This document shows positions 20,007-33,590 of a stretch of DNA of 64,000 nucleotides, piece by piece. Position 1 is the first letter of the stretch. Every line of letters begins with the position of its first letter. The stretch covers positions 1 to 64,000 of the forward strand of contig NW_026515678.1 in NCBI RefSeq assembly GCF_025526975.1. Direction: 5' to 3'. Source of the stretch: Fimicolochytrium jonesii. Its lineage: Eukaryota. A program made the position numbers and the translations under genes. The notes under the pieces were generated by a model. It ran no database searches and had not been told where the DNA came from. It saw only the letters and a list, made by a program, of their open reading frames with translations.

Positions 20007-22116
20007 ATGGCGGCGTCCGTTCCCGCCCATTACAAGCGACCGTCGCCGACGTCAGCGGTTCTTCACACAATTGCGCGCGTGCCCAGCTCGGCACACGTCG
20101 GAACAAAGGCGGTCCCTGCCGTCGCTCTGACCCGAAGTCCGCCATCTGAAGGGTCGTCAAGTAGACCTTCAGTTGAAGAGGGCGTGGAAGCAAATGGATT
20201 ACAAAGTAGTCTGGAAGGGCATAGGAACTTCGCGTCGCTGGCCTTCACACCTTCAGATAGCCCGTCTCCACAGCAAACACGCTCTCCGCCAGCTTCGCAG
20301 GAGGTCCAGCCGACACAAGAACAATGCAACGGCAGCGGCAGCAGCAAAGGAAAACAGTCGTTGCCATCGGCGCTGCCAACCGTCACTGGGAACGCGGAAA
20401 AGGATGGGTGCATTCACGGCTGGCGGGTTATGTACGAGCCGAGTCTCGACCCCGACAAAAATAACAGAATGCGGAAGGCGCGTGTCGTCCGCAAGGACGG
20501 AAAAGTGGCATCTGGCGACGTTTCGGCAGTGCCGGCCGACCCGCGGGCTGATATTCCTATGTACGCTGAGATCGGGCGTGGGCGGAAACGGTTGACATCT
20601 AAGCTCCACAGGGTGAGATACCCTGCCCCGCCGGAGCCTCCTTCACAAGTGCAAGCATCGCCGCCGCCACCACAGCCGCTTGACGATGGCATTCAGTTTG
20701 GCTTTGACGAGGACATACCAGATCCGAAGCCGGTACCGCTGCCGGCGCAGGCGCCCGTTCAGTTGTCAGTGACCGCAGCTCTCATGCCCCAACCAAATCC
20801 AAAGCCACGAAAGATTCCCCCAACCAAAGCCCGCACCGTCTTCGTTTCCGGCCTCCCACCCAAAACAAATAACGACGACCTGAACCGCTTCTTTCAGAAT
20901 TGCGGGCCGATAGCAAACGCGTCCATTGTACGTCTCCCAAACTCGAGCGTGCATCTGGGGTTTGCGGCGGTTACCTTTGCTGGTAGCGAAGCAGATGCGT
21001 GCTTGGCGGCGCAGAGGGCGATACGGGATCTTTCGGGCAAGCGGGTCGCGGCGCATGTTATTGATGTGCGGCTTGATGCCGATGGTAAGTTCAACTTATT
21101 GCACGCTTAGAACATAGCCTGATCATTGACGCGATTCCTCTTCCTCAGGTTCCGTGCAGAAAGATGCCGTACACGGAGTCATGAATCCTGCCGCAGCAAC
21201 GCCGAAAGCATCGGTCCGTACAGTGCCGCAACTCACATCTACGCGATGTGGTTCAGGCTCAACGAATGGCATCCTTTCCGCATCGCCAGAGCATCACGCA
21301 TTTGAGCCATCACCATCACAGCCACCGCATTCCTCAAATCATCATCTGCACTCCCATAAATCACCTCCCCACCTCCCCCCACCCCCGCAATATGAATGCA
21401 CCCAACGGCCGGATCCTCCTCCTCCCACAACATATGGCGCCCATCGCACCTACGAGAGCAGTTTCCCACATAGAACCGAGCCACTATCACATCCACCTCC
21501 GCCACCTATGGATAAACCCGTCCCATGGCGATTCCCAAATCTCCAGCTCCCACCGGCGCATAAAGGAGACACGGCAGCAGATCACGCCGCAACATACCCC
21601 CGCAAACCCTCGGCAGCCGGTCTACGCGATTCATACCGCCCACATGAGACTTCGACCCGTGCTTACCGCCCGAATGGGACAAACGGCACGACCCTTCACC
21701 CGCCAAACGCCGCGGCCAGACGACCGCAGGACGGGAGACGGCTAGGTGATTCGGAAAGAGCTGTGAATGGCGCATCCCGATCCAGTGACGCGGTGGTTGC
21801 ACAACCATTCCGCGCCCCCGTGGTTGTCCCGCCGCCGTCGAGCGGGTATCGGAAATCGTCTGATGTATCTACATTCCGGAATCCGAATACGGAGTCTGCG
21901 TCTGCAGATCCAGCGGCGAATATACCCATACCGTCTACATATATACCCACCACCGCCGAGACTCACAGTCGAATTCATATTTCCGATGCCAAGAAACCAA
22001 ACGACCCACCGCCGCGGACTCACCCGCGGGAACCCCGCGAGAACAAACGGAGCAGGAAAGTGTCGTATTCGTCTGTCTCGCGTTCGCGCTCTCGGAGTAG
22101 GAGCAGGAGCAGGAGT

Positions 22117-22151
<35 letters not shown>

Positions 22152-24530
22152 TCGTAGCCGCGCCCGGCGTCGGGTGAGGAACCGCAGCACGAGCAGACGG
22201 AGACGGAACAGTCGGTGGAGTAGGCGGAGGAGGAGTCGAAGTCGGAGTTCTAGTAGGAGTCGGAGTCGAAGTCGAAGGAGGGAGGGGAGGAGGCAGAGGA
22301 GGGACGAGAGTCGGGGCCGGACGTTGGAGATACGACGTGTGCCTTTGGCTCGTGAGGAGAGTAGTAATAGTAGGTCAAGGGAGAGGAGCTGGGACGGAGG
22401 AAGTAGGAAAAACGTGTATGATGCGCCGCGAAATAAAAGTAATGGCAAGGAGGCACGAACGCGCGTCAGTCATAGTCGTCGAAGCTTGCGTTCTTGCTCG
22501 ACCTCGCGCCATCGTGACAAAACCTCGGATAGCCGCGCCAGCAGCCGAAGCGCGGTAAGGGTCGTCCGGCTATCGCCGAGCCCGCCTCCTCCGACCAAGA
22601 CGACGGTGCGAAACGCCTCGCGTGAGCGTGACACGGGTCTGGGAACGTCTTCACCCGCGGAGGCTGCGGATGCTCATGTACCGCACAACGAGGATGACGC
22701 CGTATCCGCCTTCAGCATACCACCCATAAGCCCTCCACGGCCGAAAACTCCCTCACCCATAGCCACCTCCCCCACCCACTCCATCCACTCCACCGCCAAC
22801 ACCCTATCAACAATGGCAACCCACCTCTGCACGGACGTCATCGCCGAAAAATGCCACGGCCTCCTCGACACCCTCTACATGATGCTCTCAGGGGGTGAAG
22901 CATTCACCGAGGGGCCAGGCAAGCGGAGACGCGGGCCCCCCAAGAAGGTGCTTGACAATGAAGATGAGGAGGAGGTCGGGAGGAGGGTGGCGAAGAAACG
23001 GAGGGTTAGTAGAGTAAATGAGATCGGTGAAACGTGTGAAGGCGAGAAGATAAATGGGAGGAAGCTTCCGCCCCTTAAACCGCGTGGAAGGCGCGTATCG
23101 GCAGTTCTGGTTGATGAGGAACAGCAACCCGACGAGGATACGGCCACGACGTCCGTCCCGGATGTGGACGGGTATGGGTCGCTTGACGCGTCTGGCGCGG
23201 AGTTTTTGCCGAGAAGGGAGAGGCGGAAGTCTAAGAAGGGTGGGAAAGGGCTACTGCATGTGGCGCTCGGGGTGGATGCGGCTGATGGTGCTGGCACCGG
23301 AAGACGGAAGAGGGTATCAAAACGCGTGACGCAGCCCATTGCCGTACTCCCCGTATTGCCGCCCCTTCCTGCCCCTATCGACCTCGACAGCGAACCCGAA
23401 GACGACGAGATGCGGAAACTCCTCCACGAACCGCTGACATGGGACGCGTTTCGTGAATACGACGAGGACCGGGAATGTGAGAGTGACGCAAGCCTCGATT
23501 TCTCGGTCCCGGCGTTGTGGGATACGATGCGAGGGTTAGATCAGGAGGAGTTGGGGTATCTCACGACGTTACTTGGGGAGGAGCAGCAAGGGCGGAGACG
23601 CAGCCGGATTGAGAAGCGGATGAGGGGTTTGGAGAGGGATGCGAGGGCTGTACGGACGTGGAAGCAGCCGCCGCCGGTGATGGGTTTGTCAGACCTTGAA
23701 GAGGATCATGCGATCCCGACACCCCCGCATAAAACAGGCGCGGCGCGCACGGAAGGCGTGTACCGCCTCACAGAGGAGGAGAAAGTCGCTGCGATGCGGG
23801 CACGTATCGCCGCCGCGAACAACACCGACAAAAGCCCGCATAACGCGCCAGCAACACCCACCACCCCGGGCCGTCCCCACGTGTCCACCACTCCCAAACC
23901 AACCCCTCGCTCCACAACCACCCGCAACACCGCGACCACCCGCATCCATCACCGCCCCTCCCTCCTCACAGCACACGAAAACCTCACAGACAGCGCCAAA
24001 TTCACGCAACTCAAAACTCGTCGCCGGCGCCTTAAATTCGCTAAATCGCCCATCCACGACTGGGGTCTCTTCGCGATGGAGCCCATCGACGCGGGCGAGT
24101 TTGTGATTGAGTATGTCGGGGAGATTGTGCGGCATAAAGTAGCGGATCTGAGGGAGAAGGTTTATGAGCGGCAGGGGATGGGGTCGAGTTATCTGTTCAG
24201 GATTGATGGGGTGAATGTTGTGGATGCGACTAAGAGGGGGAATATGGCGAGGTTTATCAACCATAATTGTCAGGTACGCTTGGGGGTTTGGGGCTACCGC
24301 AAACTTCTGCGTGGCTCTTAACTGACACACCCTCCCGTCTCTCTCTGGCATCACAGCCAAACTGCAGCGCAAAAATAATAACAGTCGCCTCCAAAAAACG
24401 CATCATCATCTACGCCCACCGCGCCATCAACCCGGGCGAGGAAATCACTTACGACTACAAGTTCCAGTACGAGGATGATAAGATACCGTGTTTCTGCGGC
24501 GCCAAGATGTGTCGTGGGAGTCTCAATTAG
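20007..24530 (+). CDS. SET1: Histone H3K4 methyltransferase Set1 (RRM, long RS region, N-SET, SET, post-SET); introns 21085-21148 and 24274-24356
   Basis: RRM (TVFVSGLP...LGFAAVTF), [72 protein letters not shown]; both introns restore the frame. Confidence 0.95.
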
Positions 24531-25041
24531 AGGCTGAGAGATGCGAGGGGGTGGGATTGTATTACGGTTTTGGGGTGAAGGGGGAGTTTGCGACGTGGGG
24601 ACGGAGTTTCGAACGCGGCGTGATTACACATCACGGTTTACCACCACCGCCCGACGGACGTACAGAATGTTACCGTGTAAGATGTACCAAAACGGAGGAA
24701 CGGGACACATACGCCTTCCTCTTGTACATTCGTTCCCATAATGAACAAAGTGCCGAAGAGCATATGGGTATCAATTCATCATTGGATTCCGAGACTTTCA
24801 AAGTCATTCTCATTAAAGACACCACACAGACTTCTACCTAGACTCGAACCATATGTACAAGAAAAACAAACTGCCCAAAAACTTGTGAAAGAAGGTGGGA
24901 TGAGGCACGGCCTTCCACGAAACCAAAAAAAGGTCGTCTGCGACGGCGAGGAGAAAATCCAAAAAAGAAGCGAGGGCGCAAAGCACTAATGAGGCCCAGC
25001 CAATGTCCTCAACAAGAAACTTGCGCACAAAAGCACCATAA

Positions 25042-26694
25042 TCAATAACTCGGAGCAATCTTCACAGGAATATTCACCTCCGCCACAAGGTTCGCCTCCC
25101 CCTGCGTCGCAAACCGCCACAGCTTGACACACACATAATGCGACACCTCGATGATCGATCCCCTCACATCCTGCTGTACCATCCCGCCAGCATTGTTCCC
25201 CCCACGATCCGCAATAGCCGTCGCCCACTGATCCAGCGGGATCCCCACCGCGTAGCCCGATAACACAGGCACGGGTTCATCCGCATACGGTGAAGGAGAT
25301 GGGGCGAGGTTGATGAGGGTATCCCGCGTATGCGTCTGTTTCTTCTCTGTCCACCGCGGCTTGCGGAAGGGGTTGAAGCTGGTTTTGAGGGTGGAGTAGG
25401 TTGCGCGTTCGTGGAGGGTGTACGTGAGGTGCGTGATGTGGGGGTCGGATGTGGGGAAGTGGGTAGTGAATGTAGGTGGGATCCCGGGGGTGGTCGGGGT
25501 GGGGGTGTCACAGGAGGGTTGATTGAGCCAGACGACTGTTGGGCCCGTCCATTCCCATTTTACGTCCCCGATGGCGCCGCGGACGGGGCGTAAGGGGCGA
25601 GTGTAGCGTTCCAGCTCCAGTTTGGTTGGTGCGCGGGAGACGATGAATGGGTGGCGGATGATGGCAAGTACCGCTGAGGGGGCGTGCGCGTAGCTCGTTT
25701 TGAGGGTGCAGTGTGGCGGGGAAGCGACCCGGCGGTAGAGTGTGGCGTCGACGTAGTATTCAACCGAGCCCGTGCGCGAGCCGAAACTTGCCGGGCAGTG
25801 TGGTGGGACCGTGACGGTGAACCCGATCTCCTTTTTGCCGTTCAGGACGAGGTCGGTGAAAGCCGCCACGGCGTCGGGGTCCGTGGTCGAGACGTTCGGG
25901 GCGCGCCAGACGGTGATGCGGCTGTCGAGGACGACCGTGCAGCCGCGCGCTTCCGTGTGGGAAGGATACGTTCGCTCGACGCCGCGGACGCGAACGGAGA
26001 TGGCGCTGAGGGTGCGGACGTCGGACTCGGTGTGGCCGGATAAGGCGATATGTACCGTGCCGCGAAGGAAGCCTTGGCCGCGCTGGAACCCGTGGGCTGG
26101 GTCGGCGTTGGGACAGCATTCGTCTTCAGGTTCGGCGGTCAGGACTTGTAGCTGTTGGTCAACTTCGGCGCTCCCTCGATTGCGCGCGGCGGGCTTGATT
26201 GCATCGATGCCGTCATCCGTCGTCGCTGCGGCCGCCTCCTCGACGCCGCGCATCCGAACGGTCGTGTTTTCTAATACTATCTCGAACTTGCCCACGAATG
26301 GTGGTAATGGTGTCGATGAACCCGTGTACGGATCGACGAGTGGACGGCATGTCAGAGGCGCCTGTGTGGGCGTCGTCGCTGGTGATGGTGGTGGGAGCCC
26401 GGCGGTTGTATGTTGCCGTTGTGGCGTGGGCTGGAAGGGATGACGCGGGAGGCCTGGCGACGATGCAGGCGAGAATGTTGGTGATGGCGCGACCGCTGCG
26501 GAGTAGCGGGATGGCGAAGGGGAAAGGAGAGACAGACATCCGCGACGGGTGGAACGCGGCGAAGGGCCGGGCTGATGTGTGGCGCGCGGAAGCAGCGGTG
26601 AGCTGGGGATGGATGCGTAGGTTGGTGGTGGTGGGCCTGACACATCGTCGAGGAAAGGAACACGGGCCGTATAGGACGGAAGGATGTCGGTCAT
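25042..26694 (-). CDS. Arrestin-domain (alpha-arrestin-like) adaptor with PY motifs
   Basis: LRGTVHI...ISVRVRGVE...FTVTVPPHCPASF..GSVEYYVDA...IEVSHYVCVKL; PPPTY and LPSY motifs. Confidence 0.75.
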   Translation of the reverse strand: MTDILPSYTARVPFLDDVSGPPPPTYASIPSSPLLPRATHQPGPSPRSTRRGCLSLLSPSPSRYSAAVAPSPTFSPASSPGLPRHPFQPTPQRQHTTAGLPPPSPATTPTQAPLTCRPLVDPYTGSSTPLPPFVGKFEIVLENTTVRMRGVEEAAAATTDDGIDAIKPAARNRGSAEVDQQLQVLTAEPEDECCPNADPAHGFQRGQGFLRGTVHIALSGHTESDVRTLSAISVRVRGVERTYPSHTEARGCTVVLDSRITVWRAPNVSTTDPDAVAAFTDLVLNGKKEIGFTVTVPPHCPASFGSRTGSVEYYVDATLYRRVASPPHCTLKTSYAHAPSAVLAIIRHPFIVSRAPTKLELERYTRPLRPVRGAIGDVKWEWTGPTVVWLNQPSCDTPTPTTPGIPPTFTTHFPTSDPHITHLTYTLHERATYSTLKTSFNPFRKPRWTEKKQTHTRDTLINLAPSPSPYADEPVPVLSGYAVGIPLDQWATAIADRGGNNAGGMVQQDVRGSIIEVSHYVCVKLWRFATQGEANLVAEVNIPVKIAPSY

Positions 26695-29600
26695 TGGCTC
26701 GATAGCTCGGAGCGATGAACGTCAAAGGCGTGCGTTGAGAAGCGGCGTTGACGGTTGACGGCGACTCTTAAATATCAAACTGGGTATGCAAGCCAAAGCC
26801 CAACGATGATAGGCGAAGGTGCTGTTGCTTGAAGGTGAGGGAGGGTGGGCACGCTCCGCCAATGCATCTTTATACAGCCCGGTCCAGATGTTTATCAGTG
26901 TGCCCATCTTTAGAGCAGGGTCTTGGGTGGCGAACGACACGTTTTCTAGAAGGGATGTAAGATAGAAGGTTGACAGATTTGACAGATACTGTCCTTCCAA
27001 ATCTCTTTTTTTTTCCTCGCTTGAATGGTTGTGACAAACCAAGATCAAGCTTCACCAGCAAGCAAGATACCGAGGCATGCATGCATCGGTGTTATCAGAT
27101 CATAGTCCCGTATCGCGCATTCCTACGGCAAAACATAGTGCCCAGCCAAGGAATGGCGTGCCGGGTCCTCCTTTCCTACACGAAAAGTATTCCCATGCAT
27201 CGCAATCAGGGTGATGTTTTACGACACGATGGCGTACGTACGTGCAAAGGGGGGACCCTTAGCCCAAGAGCCCATCCGCAATCACGGCTCATCTGCTCGG
27301 ATCTAAGCGCTGCCAAACCGCGCATGGGTTGAGGAAAAGAGAGGCGAGAGCGAAAAAAAAAAAGACGGCGAGACGTTAGATGCGTATCTGATTCAAATAC
27401 CGCAATCGGTGTCTGAGGTGTGGGCTCCGGCTCCGTCAAAACAGGGGAGGGGGGAAGGTGTTAGGGAAAAGGAGAACGGTCGCGCGGGAAGAGGCCGGAA
27501 GGTGTGCATAAGATGCTCCGCCGATATTCATCCCTACACAGATCATAAATATCCTTTGGACTCTGACAATCACGACGGTGAGGGCGTGCATGTCCCGCAT
27601 TTTATCTCCCATTATCGATTCATCGGTACGCCGTCTCGTATCCCACACCGTCAATGATCAGCTATGACGGAGGACGGCTCTCCCACGGATCGAGTGTAAA
27701 CGTAGATTAGGTTTTCTTGCCGTTCCTCGGGCTCGTGCGTTGTGCTCAGGCAGCTGAGCCCCCGAAAAAAGGGAGAAGATCCGAGGGAAGCACAAAGGGG
27801 TCGCCATCAATCTCGTCTGTCGGGGAGGGGGGGCGAGATTACGTAAGGTGAGTAACGCGCGACTTTCCCATCGATCGAACTAACTGATAGCGAGAAAGAT
27901 CTTTCCACGAACGAGTTGAAACCCTTGGGTCGTCTTGCGTTCGACAAACGTTTCGGGCCTCGGCGATGGCAATCAGTCGGGTGTCGTCCAAGTTGCTTCG
28001 TCTTGGCCCTGGCATGTGAAAACGAACTGCCTCATCAAGCATGATTCATGCATGACAGAGGGAACCGCCCGGAGCGCCGAAGGGCGACGAGGAGTCTGGA
28101 CATGGAACACGGAAGCGCAGCCAGGGTTCCAGAATGTCATGCTTGTGCAGTGTATGTACCCCGAGTCCCCGACTACTGCTCCTGCCATAAAGCCCTCTCA
28201 TCCACCCATGGAATCTACTCCGACCGTGGTCGAGTCTCCGATTGTCTCGTCCATCTTCGGGCGTGTGCAAAGGGACCCGGCCCATCGATGCCAGTCGGAC
28301 ATGCAAAACGCAGTGAGGGTACCTGTCAGATGCATGTGTATTCGGAGTCTTTTTGCTCAAAAACACCGAACGCTTACACATGTTTCCGCGTGCAAACGAC
28401 ACTTCCCCTCCCTGAATGAACGTGTAGCCTGCGATCGGCGGCTACGGCCGGACAGCCTGTGGATGAACGGGGCATGAATTTTCATTTCCTACTGCGCATC
28501 GCACGAGAAGCCAGTGTCGTCTGTGCACATACACCAGCACGCCATATCTCGCAACTCCGCCATCAACCCACCGTAAGCACAGCGGGTCTACTGTACAGCG
28601 GAGGGTGTGATTACCGGCGAGGGTTTTATCCAACCACGCCCCAGCATGAGAGTAAGCTTTTCGTCTAGGGAAGGGGGGTCGGCAAACGTCAAAGCTCACG
28701 CGTACTGACTCTCGGGATGTCTTCGGCTTACCGAACCGTCCCTGGCTCGCGGACAGCAACCCACATTCGAACCCCCGTCGCGAGAATGGCACCATGGCAA
28801 TGACATCCTCCATTTGTAAAACGTACGCACTCATTCCATTCAGACAAAAGGGGGGTTGCGGAATCACACATATAGCATCATGCCCCGTCGGCGTCTACCC
28901 GTACACAGTCTTGTCTTTTGCCCAGTCTGCTGCGTAGATTCCCATGATCGCTATCCCATTGCATGCGGATGGGGCGCCCACCACTACGATCGATGTGTTT
29001 GGGCCTTATTGGAGCAGGGCGACCCAACCCCGCTTGTCGGAGACGAGAATGGCAGCAACCTACCCATCAGCTGCTCAAGCGTAGGAGCCGTCTGCTGGTG
29101 ACAGCTTGTTCAGCAGCGCGACCGAGTTTTCGCACCTGCGTTGAGCCTTCCATTCACCAGGGGGTGATTGGAAACACAAAACGACATCGGATCTTAACTG
29201 TGGTCAACTGCATTGATTCCGCACAGGATTTTGAGCGTCTCGACTCTTACTGCACGTCCAGAGTCCGGGGCATTGCTGACGCGTGAAAAGAGGAGCGACG
29301 CGCGTTGGAAACTTTTCCTAACGCGTTGAGCTTACGGAATCCGTCCGAACGTGTCCGAGGACAGAACCTGCAGATATGTGATCCTTACACCAGCGTCGAT
29401 GGGTGTGGGGGGTTCTGGCGGATCGAAAGAGTTGGCCGCGGTTCAAGCCCAGGCGGCAGAGGAATCCCTGCAGCTCCCCTGTTCTTGGCCCCACAACCTA
29501 CACGGCAGATGTGTTCGGAACCTCAACCGCATGCTGCCAATGGGACAGAAGCAAACCGCCTGCCCGGACGACGGCTGCGGCTCAACATGAAATCGTGTTG

Positions 29601-31050
29601 ACATATTTGCTTTGGCGAGGAGCGCGGCCGAAAGCGCTGCTCCATAGGCAGATTTGAGCAAAACCATGCATATCGAGCAAAAACGATGTGCCCTCGCAGA
29701 AGCACACCGCTGATGGTGCTTCAAGCCTTCAACCCCAAGCCCGTCTGCCGCTCAAGATCCATGTACACCACCAGCTATGTAATCAGTGCAAGAGCATGAC
29801 CGGTTGAAATGACAACGGTCCGGAGGCACGTCAGAATCTCGTTGACCTGGAGATCAAATATTGACCGCCAACGAGTTCGGGGTCTCAACGAGCTTGGCTT
29901 TCATTATTCCGTCCCAACGAGCTCCATCTACGGTCAAGAACCTAGACGCTCTTCGCATCGCGTTGGGCTCGGACTTCCTCCGCGGTCCAGATCCAGGCGT
30001 CGGAGTTCGAACGCAAAAGAAATCGTAGCGACGCGTTTTGACTTGCGCTTACGGAATCCGTCCGACCATGTCCGATTCCTGTGGACTTTTTTTTTTGGGG
30101 GTTTGAGGACCGTCTCAGCTTGATAAGTTCATCCCAGGAATGCCCAAAAGAGGCCAACAGGGAGGTACATGATATGCACGCATCGTGTTACCAGCAATTG
30201 AACGAATCTACATGTATGGATTCGTAAATCGCCATCTTGTCAAAACTGAAAGGTTTCATTCGATACTACACTGTGGATAGAACAGCCCCCTCAAAAAAAA
30301 ATAGAAGCTCAAAAGAAAAAGGCCGACGGCACTACCGGGAGTCCGGGGCTCCGAGGGATCCTAGATCCGTGCAAACAGACTCTATCCGACTCCGGTCCAG
30401 TTTTGCGATGCAAGCTGGCTTGTGGCCGCACGAAGGAGCTTGGTGTTGGACTCGGCTGCACCTCTAAAGGCCTGTACCCATGGCATCCGCTGAACAACCG
30501 TGATGAACGCGTGAAATAGGAGCCGACGCGTTTTTCATTACGCGTTGAGCTTACGGAATCCGATCCCTTCCAGACTTTCTCGACTGACCTCGATGGTTGT
30601 CCGTGGGATACGGTTGAACGTTCTGCACTCATGGCGAAACATATCCATCAGAGAGCTGTGAGAAAGGAAGTTGCAGAACAGTGATACTCGCGCCTCTCGC
30701 ACGATCGTCGGATGGACTCGCATGTAGCGGTTTGCAGACTGAACGGCGCGGATTCTTTGACCATCGCAACTGGGGGTTCGAGCCCGGAGCCATATCACGT
30801 TGCCTTGGGGCGGAGATGGAACCATTGGATAGCTGTGGACGAAAGTATGCATAATGAAGGGCGACGTGTTGTGAAGAAAATGCTCATGTGAAAGTGATAT
30901 GATATTGACATGACGTGAAAAGGGCCCCATTACTGAAAAAACTACCTATTATACCGCTATGCTCAAAAGTCCTTCTCACCGCTTCAAGCGGATGTATATC
31001 TCGCCAATCTCGCCCATCGCAACATGGAGGTAAAAGAAAATGCTTCCACC

Positions 31051-32288
31051 CTACGCCTTCTTGGTCTTCCCATAAGTCCTCCTCGCGAAGCCCCTAAACA
31101 GCGCCATCAACGGCACAAGGTACATCGTCATCAACACATGCGCCGCAACCTCATATCCCGCCGTCTCCCTGCCCACCACCTCCGGCCCTTTCAAACACGT
31201 CAGTGCGTTCCTACTCTGCGGGAACAAAGCCGCGGCAACTTGCAACGTGGGGTTGAAGAGGGAGATGGCGAGGCCGATGATGAATTGCCCGATTTGCATG
31301 GAGGTGAGGGTTTGTTTGATGGAGCGTGGCGGGTGGATGGAGAGGGTTGTGAGGATGTAGTAGGTGTACATTAGGGTGTGGATGAAGGACTGCGCAGGGG
31401 AGAGGGAGATGATGGGTGGTTAGTGCATTTGAACGCACGAAAGGGAAGTGGAAAGCATAACGGGGGCTTACGTTGAAGAGTACGAAGATCCAGACCGCGG
31501 TGGTTCGGCCGCGAATGCTGTTGGGGAAAGAAAATGCGGATCAGCGATTTGTCAACCCTATCCCACCTCCTAATTGCGAAGGCCCCCCCACTGTCCCCAT
31601 CGCTCCCCTCTGAACGTACCACAACCACATAGAGATGATTGCGCCGGCATGGTGGTACGTCTGCAACAGCGACGGTTTGCGTCCTAAAAGGAAAAAAAAA
31701 ACCGTCAATTGTCATCCCGCGTGCAACACTGGTGGAAATATGATGAACGTACCTTTCATAAGCAGGATGGCGGTGTCGACGATCTCGTAGTACTTGCTGA
31801 GGTAGAAGGGGAAGGCCCAGTAGAAGAGGGAGGCGTTCCAGAATTGTTCGTTGCGGTCGCAGAGCTGTTACGGGAGAAAGATACGTAACGTGTCAGTCAA
31901 AAACGTTCAATCATGTATCCTGTCGTGCACGCAACACGTTCGACGCCATCAACGCCCCATTTGCCATTCCCACACCCACCGCATCAACCAAATCCCTGTC
32001 CCTCAAGTTGGCATAAAAGTCCCTCGCCATGCCCACAAATGTCACACCGGAAAACACCGCCAGCAGCGCATTATGCAGCACGACAAACGCCTTGAACGCG
32101 CCATGGTTCGTCCAGTGGTCGCTTGTAGACGAGGGCGGGGGGCCCTTGATTCCTTTTGCGAGCCGCTTGACGGTGACGACGTAGATGAGGGCGGTGAAAA
32201 CGGGTGTGCGCCAGTCGACAAGTTGGTCGTAGAACTGGGTGAGGGGTGGCGGGGTCTCGGTTGTGAAGGGGGAGGTTAGGTAGGTCAT
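31051..32288 (-). CDS. ELO / GNS1-SUR4 family fatty acid elongase, multi-exon
   Basis: HNALLAVFS, FYLSKYYEIVDT, LQTYHHAG, FN/SFIHTLMYTYY and TSMQIGQF motifs across GT-AG exons. Confidence 0.93.
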
Positions 32289-33590
32289 GGTTTTGGATGT
32301 GTCCCGTTGGATTATGGGTGTGGGTGGGTGGGTGGCAGACGTCTGAGGTGAAAGGGGGATGAAGTGCGACGACAAGGGCTTTATGTTGTCGGCAACATCC
32401 ATAGAACTACCCAGATCGCAGCACACCAGACGTTCTGAACACGAACCCCGCTACTGGCATCCCCCATCACATCACGGCTATTCGGAAGATACGGTAACGC
32501 GGGAGGCAGCAGTGACAACCGTGTTGCACAGGTTTCTTGAAGGGAGGCGAAAAAAAACGAGGAAAGCATCGGACGTTGTACAGTATTAACATAAATTCCT
32601 TGCAGTAGTAGGAGGGCCGGTAGATCGCGCGCATTCCCAAAGTCCGACCGGCAACCCCGCTGATGAGCCTACCCATCAACATGATATGATGTTCATCATA
32701 TCCATATCATCCCAAGTTCTTGGATGGGCAGATCCCGCTGTTCCACTCGGGGGGTTCGTAGTACGGTACTTGCACAGGTTTGGCGGATTCTGTTCCAGCG
32801 TCTTTTCAAGAAATTTGTGAAGCGATGGATGATGGATCGGCTGAACGGAAGTCTCCCGGACGGAAAGGCGATTTGCGGAGCACCGATTGATGGATCCCTT
32901 TCTATTAGCACGCTCACGTGATCGCGACGGGTTTCTATTGTCCCACTGGCACTTCTAGCCCTTCAAGAACGACCCTTTCCTTGAAGCGGAGATCCCGAAC
33001 ACATTCGAACGCCGAACTCTTTGTGCTGCTCTCAATTCTACATGTCAACTTGCATCACTGAGTCAATGTATCTGGAGAACTGTCCAAGAGGGCAAGCGGA
33101 GCAGAGCCCAAAACGGGTGCCTCTTCCGCCCGCAGCGGCTCCCCACTTGCTCCCCGCAGCGGCACGACGCTTAGGCTCTTGCACGTCATTGAGCAATCAC
33201 CTTCGCCCTGGTAGGATCCGCCCGCTCTCTTCTGCGCCGTGGTCTACACCATACCCCGATGATGTAGCTTGCCCGGTCCTACAGGCAAGCTTCTGCGGAT
33301 CGTGGGAGGTCAGTGCCAGGAATTGAGGTGTGTCACGCAGACCGCCATGAACCATCGAATCGGGCCAGCGGTTACTGTAAGAACTGCATAACCTATTTTC
33401 GTTGTTCCCGTCGAAAGGCCTCTGATATTTGAACTTTCTGAAATTTTCATGTTACGGCTGCGAAAGCTGAACGGGGCATGTTCTGGAGTTATTGAGAGTT
33501 ATGTCCATCTATCTATCTAGCAAGCAATCTACAATGTCTATCTACAAATACGGAAAATTGAAAAAAAAAAAACCCTACACTCAGACCCCT

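Noticed and set aside
21239..26725. Numerous overlapping antisense and alternate-frame ORFs over SET1 and the arrestin
   Set aside because: Shadow ORFs expected in GC-rich coding DNA.
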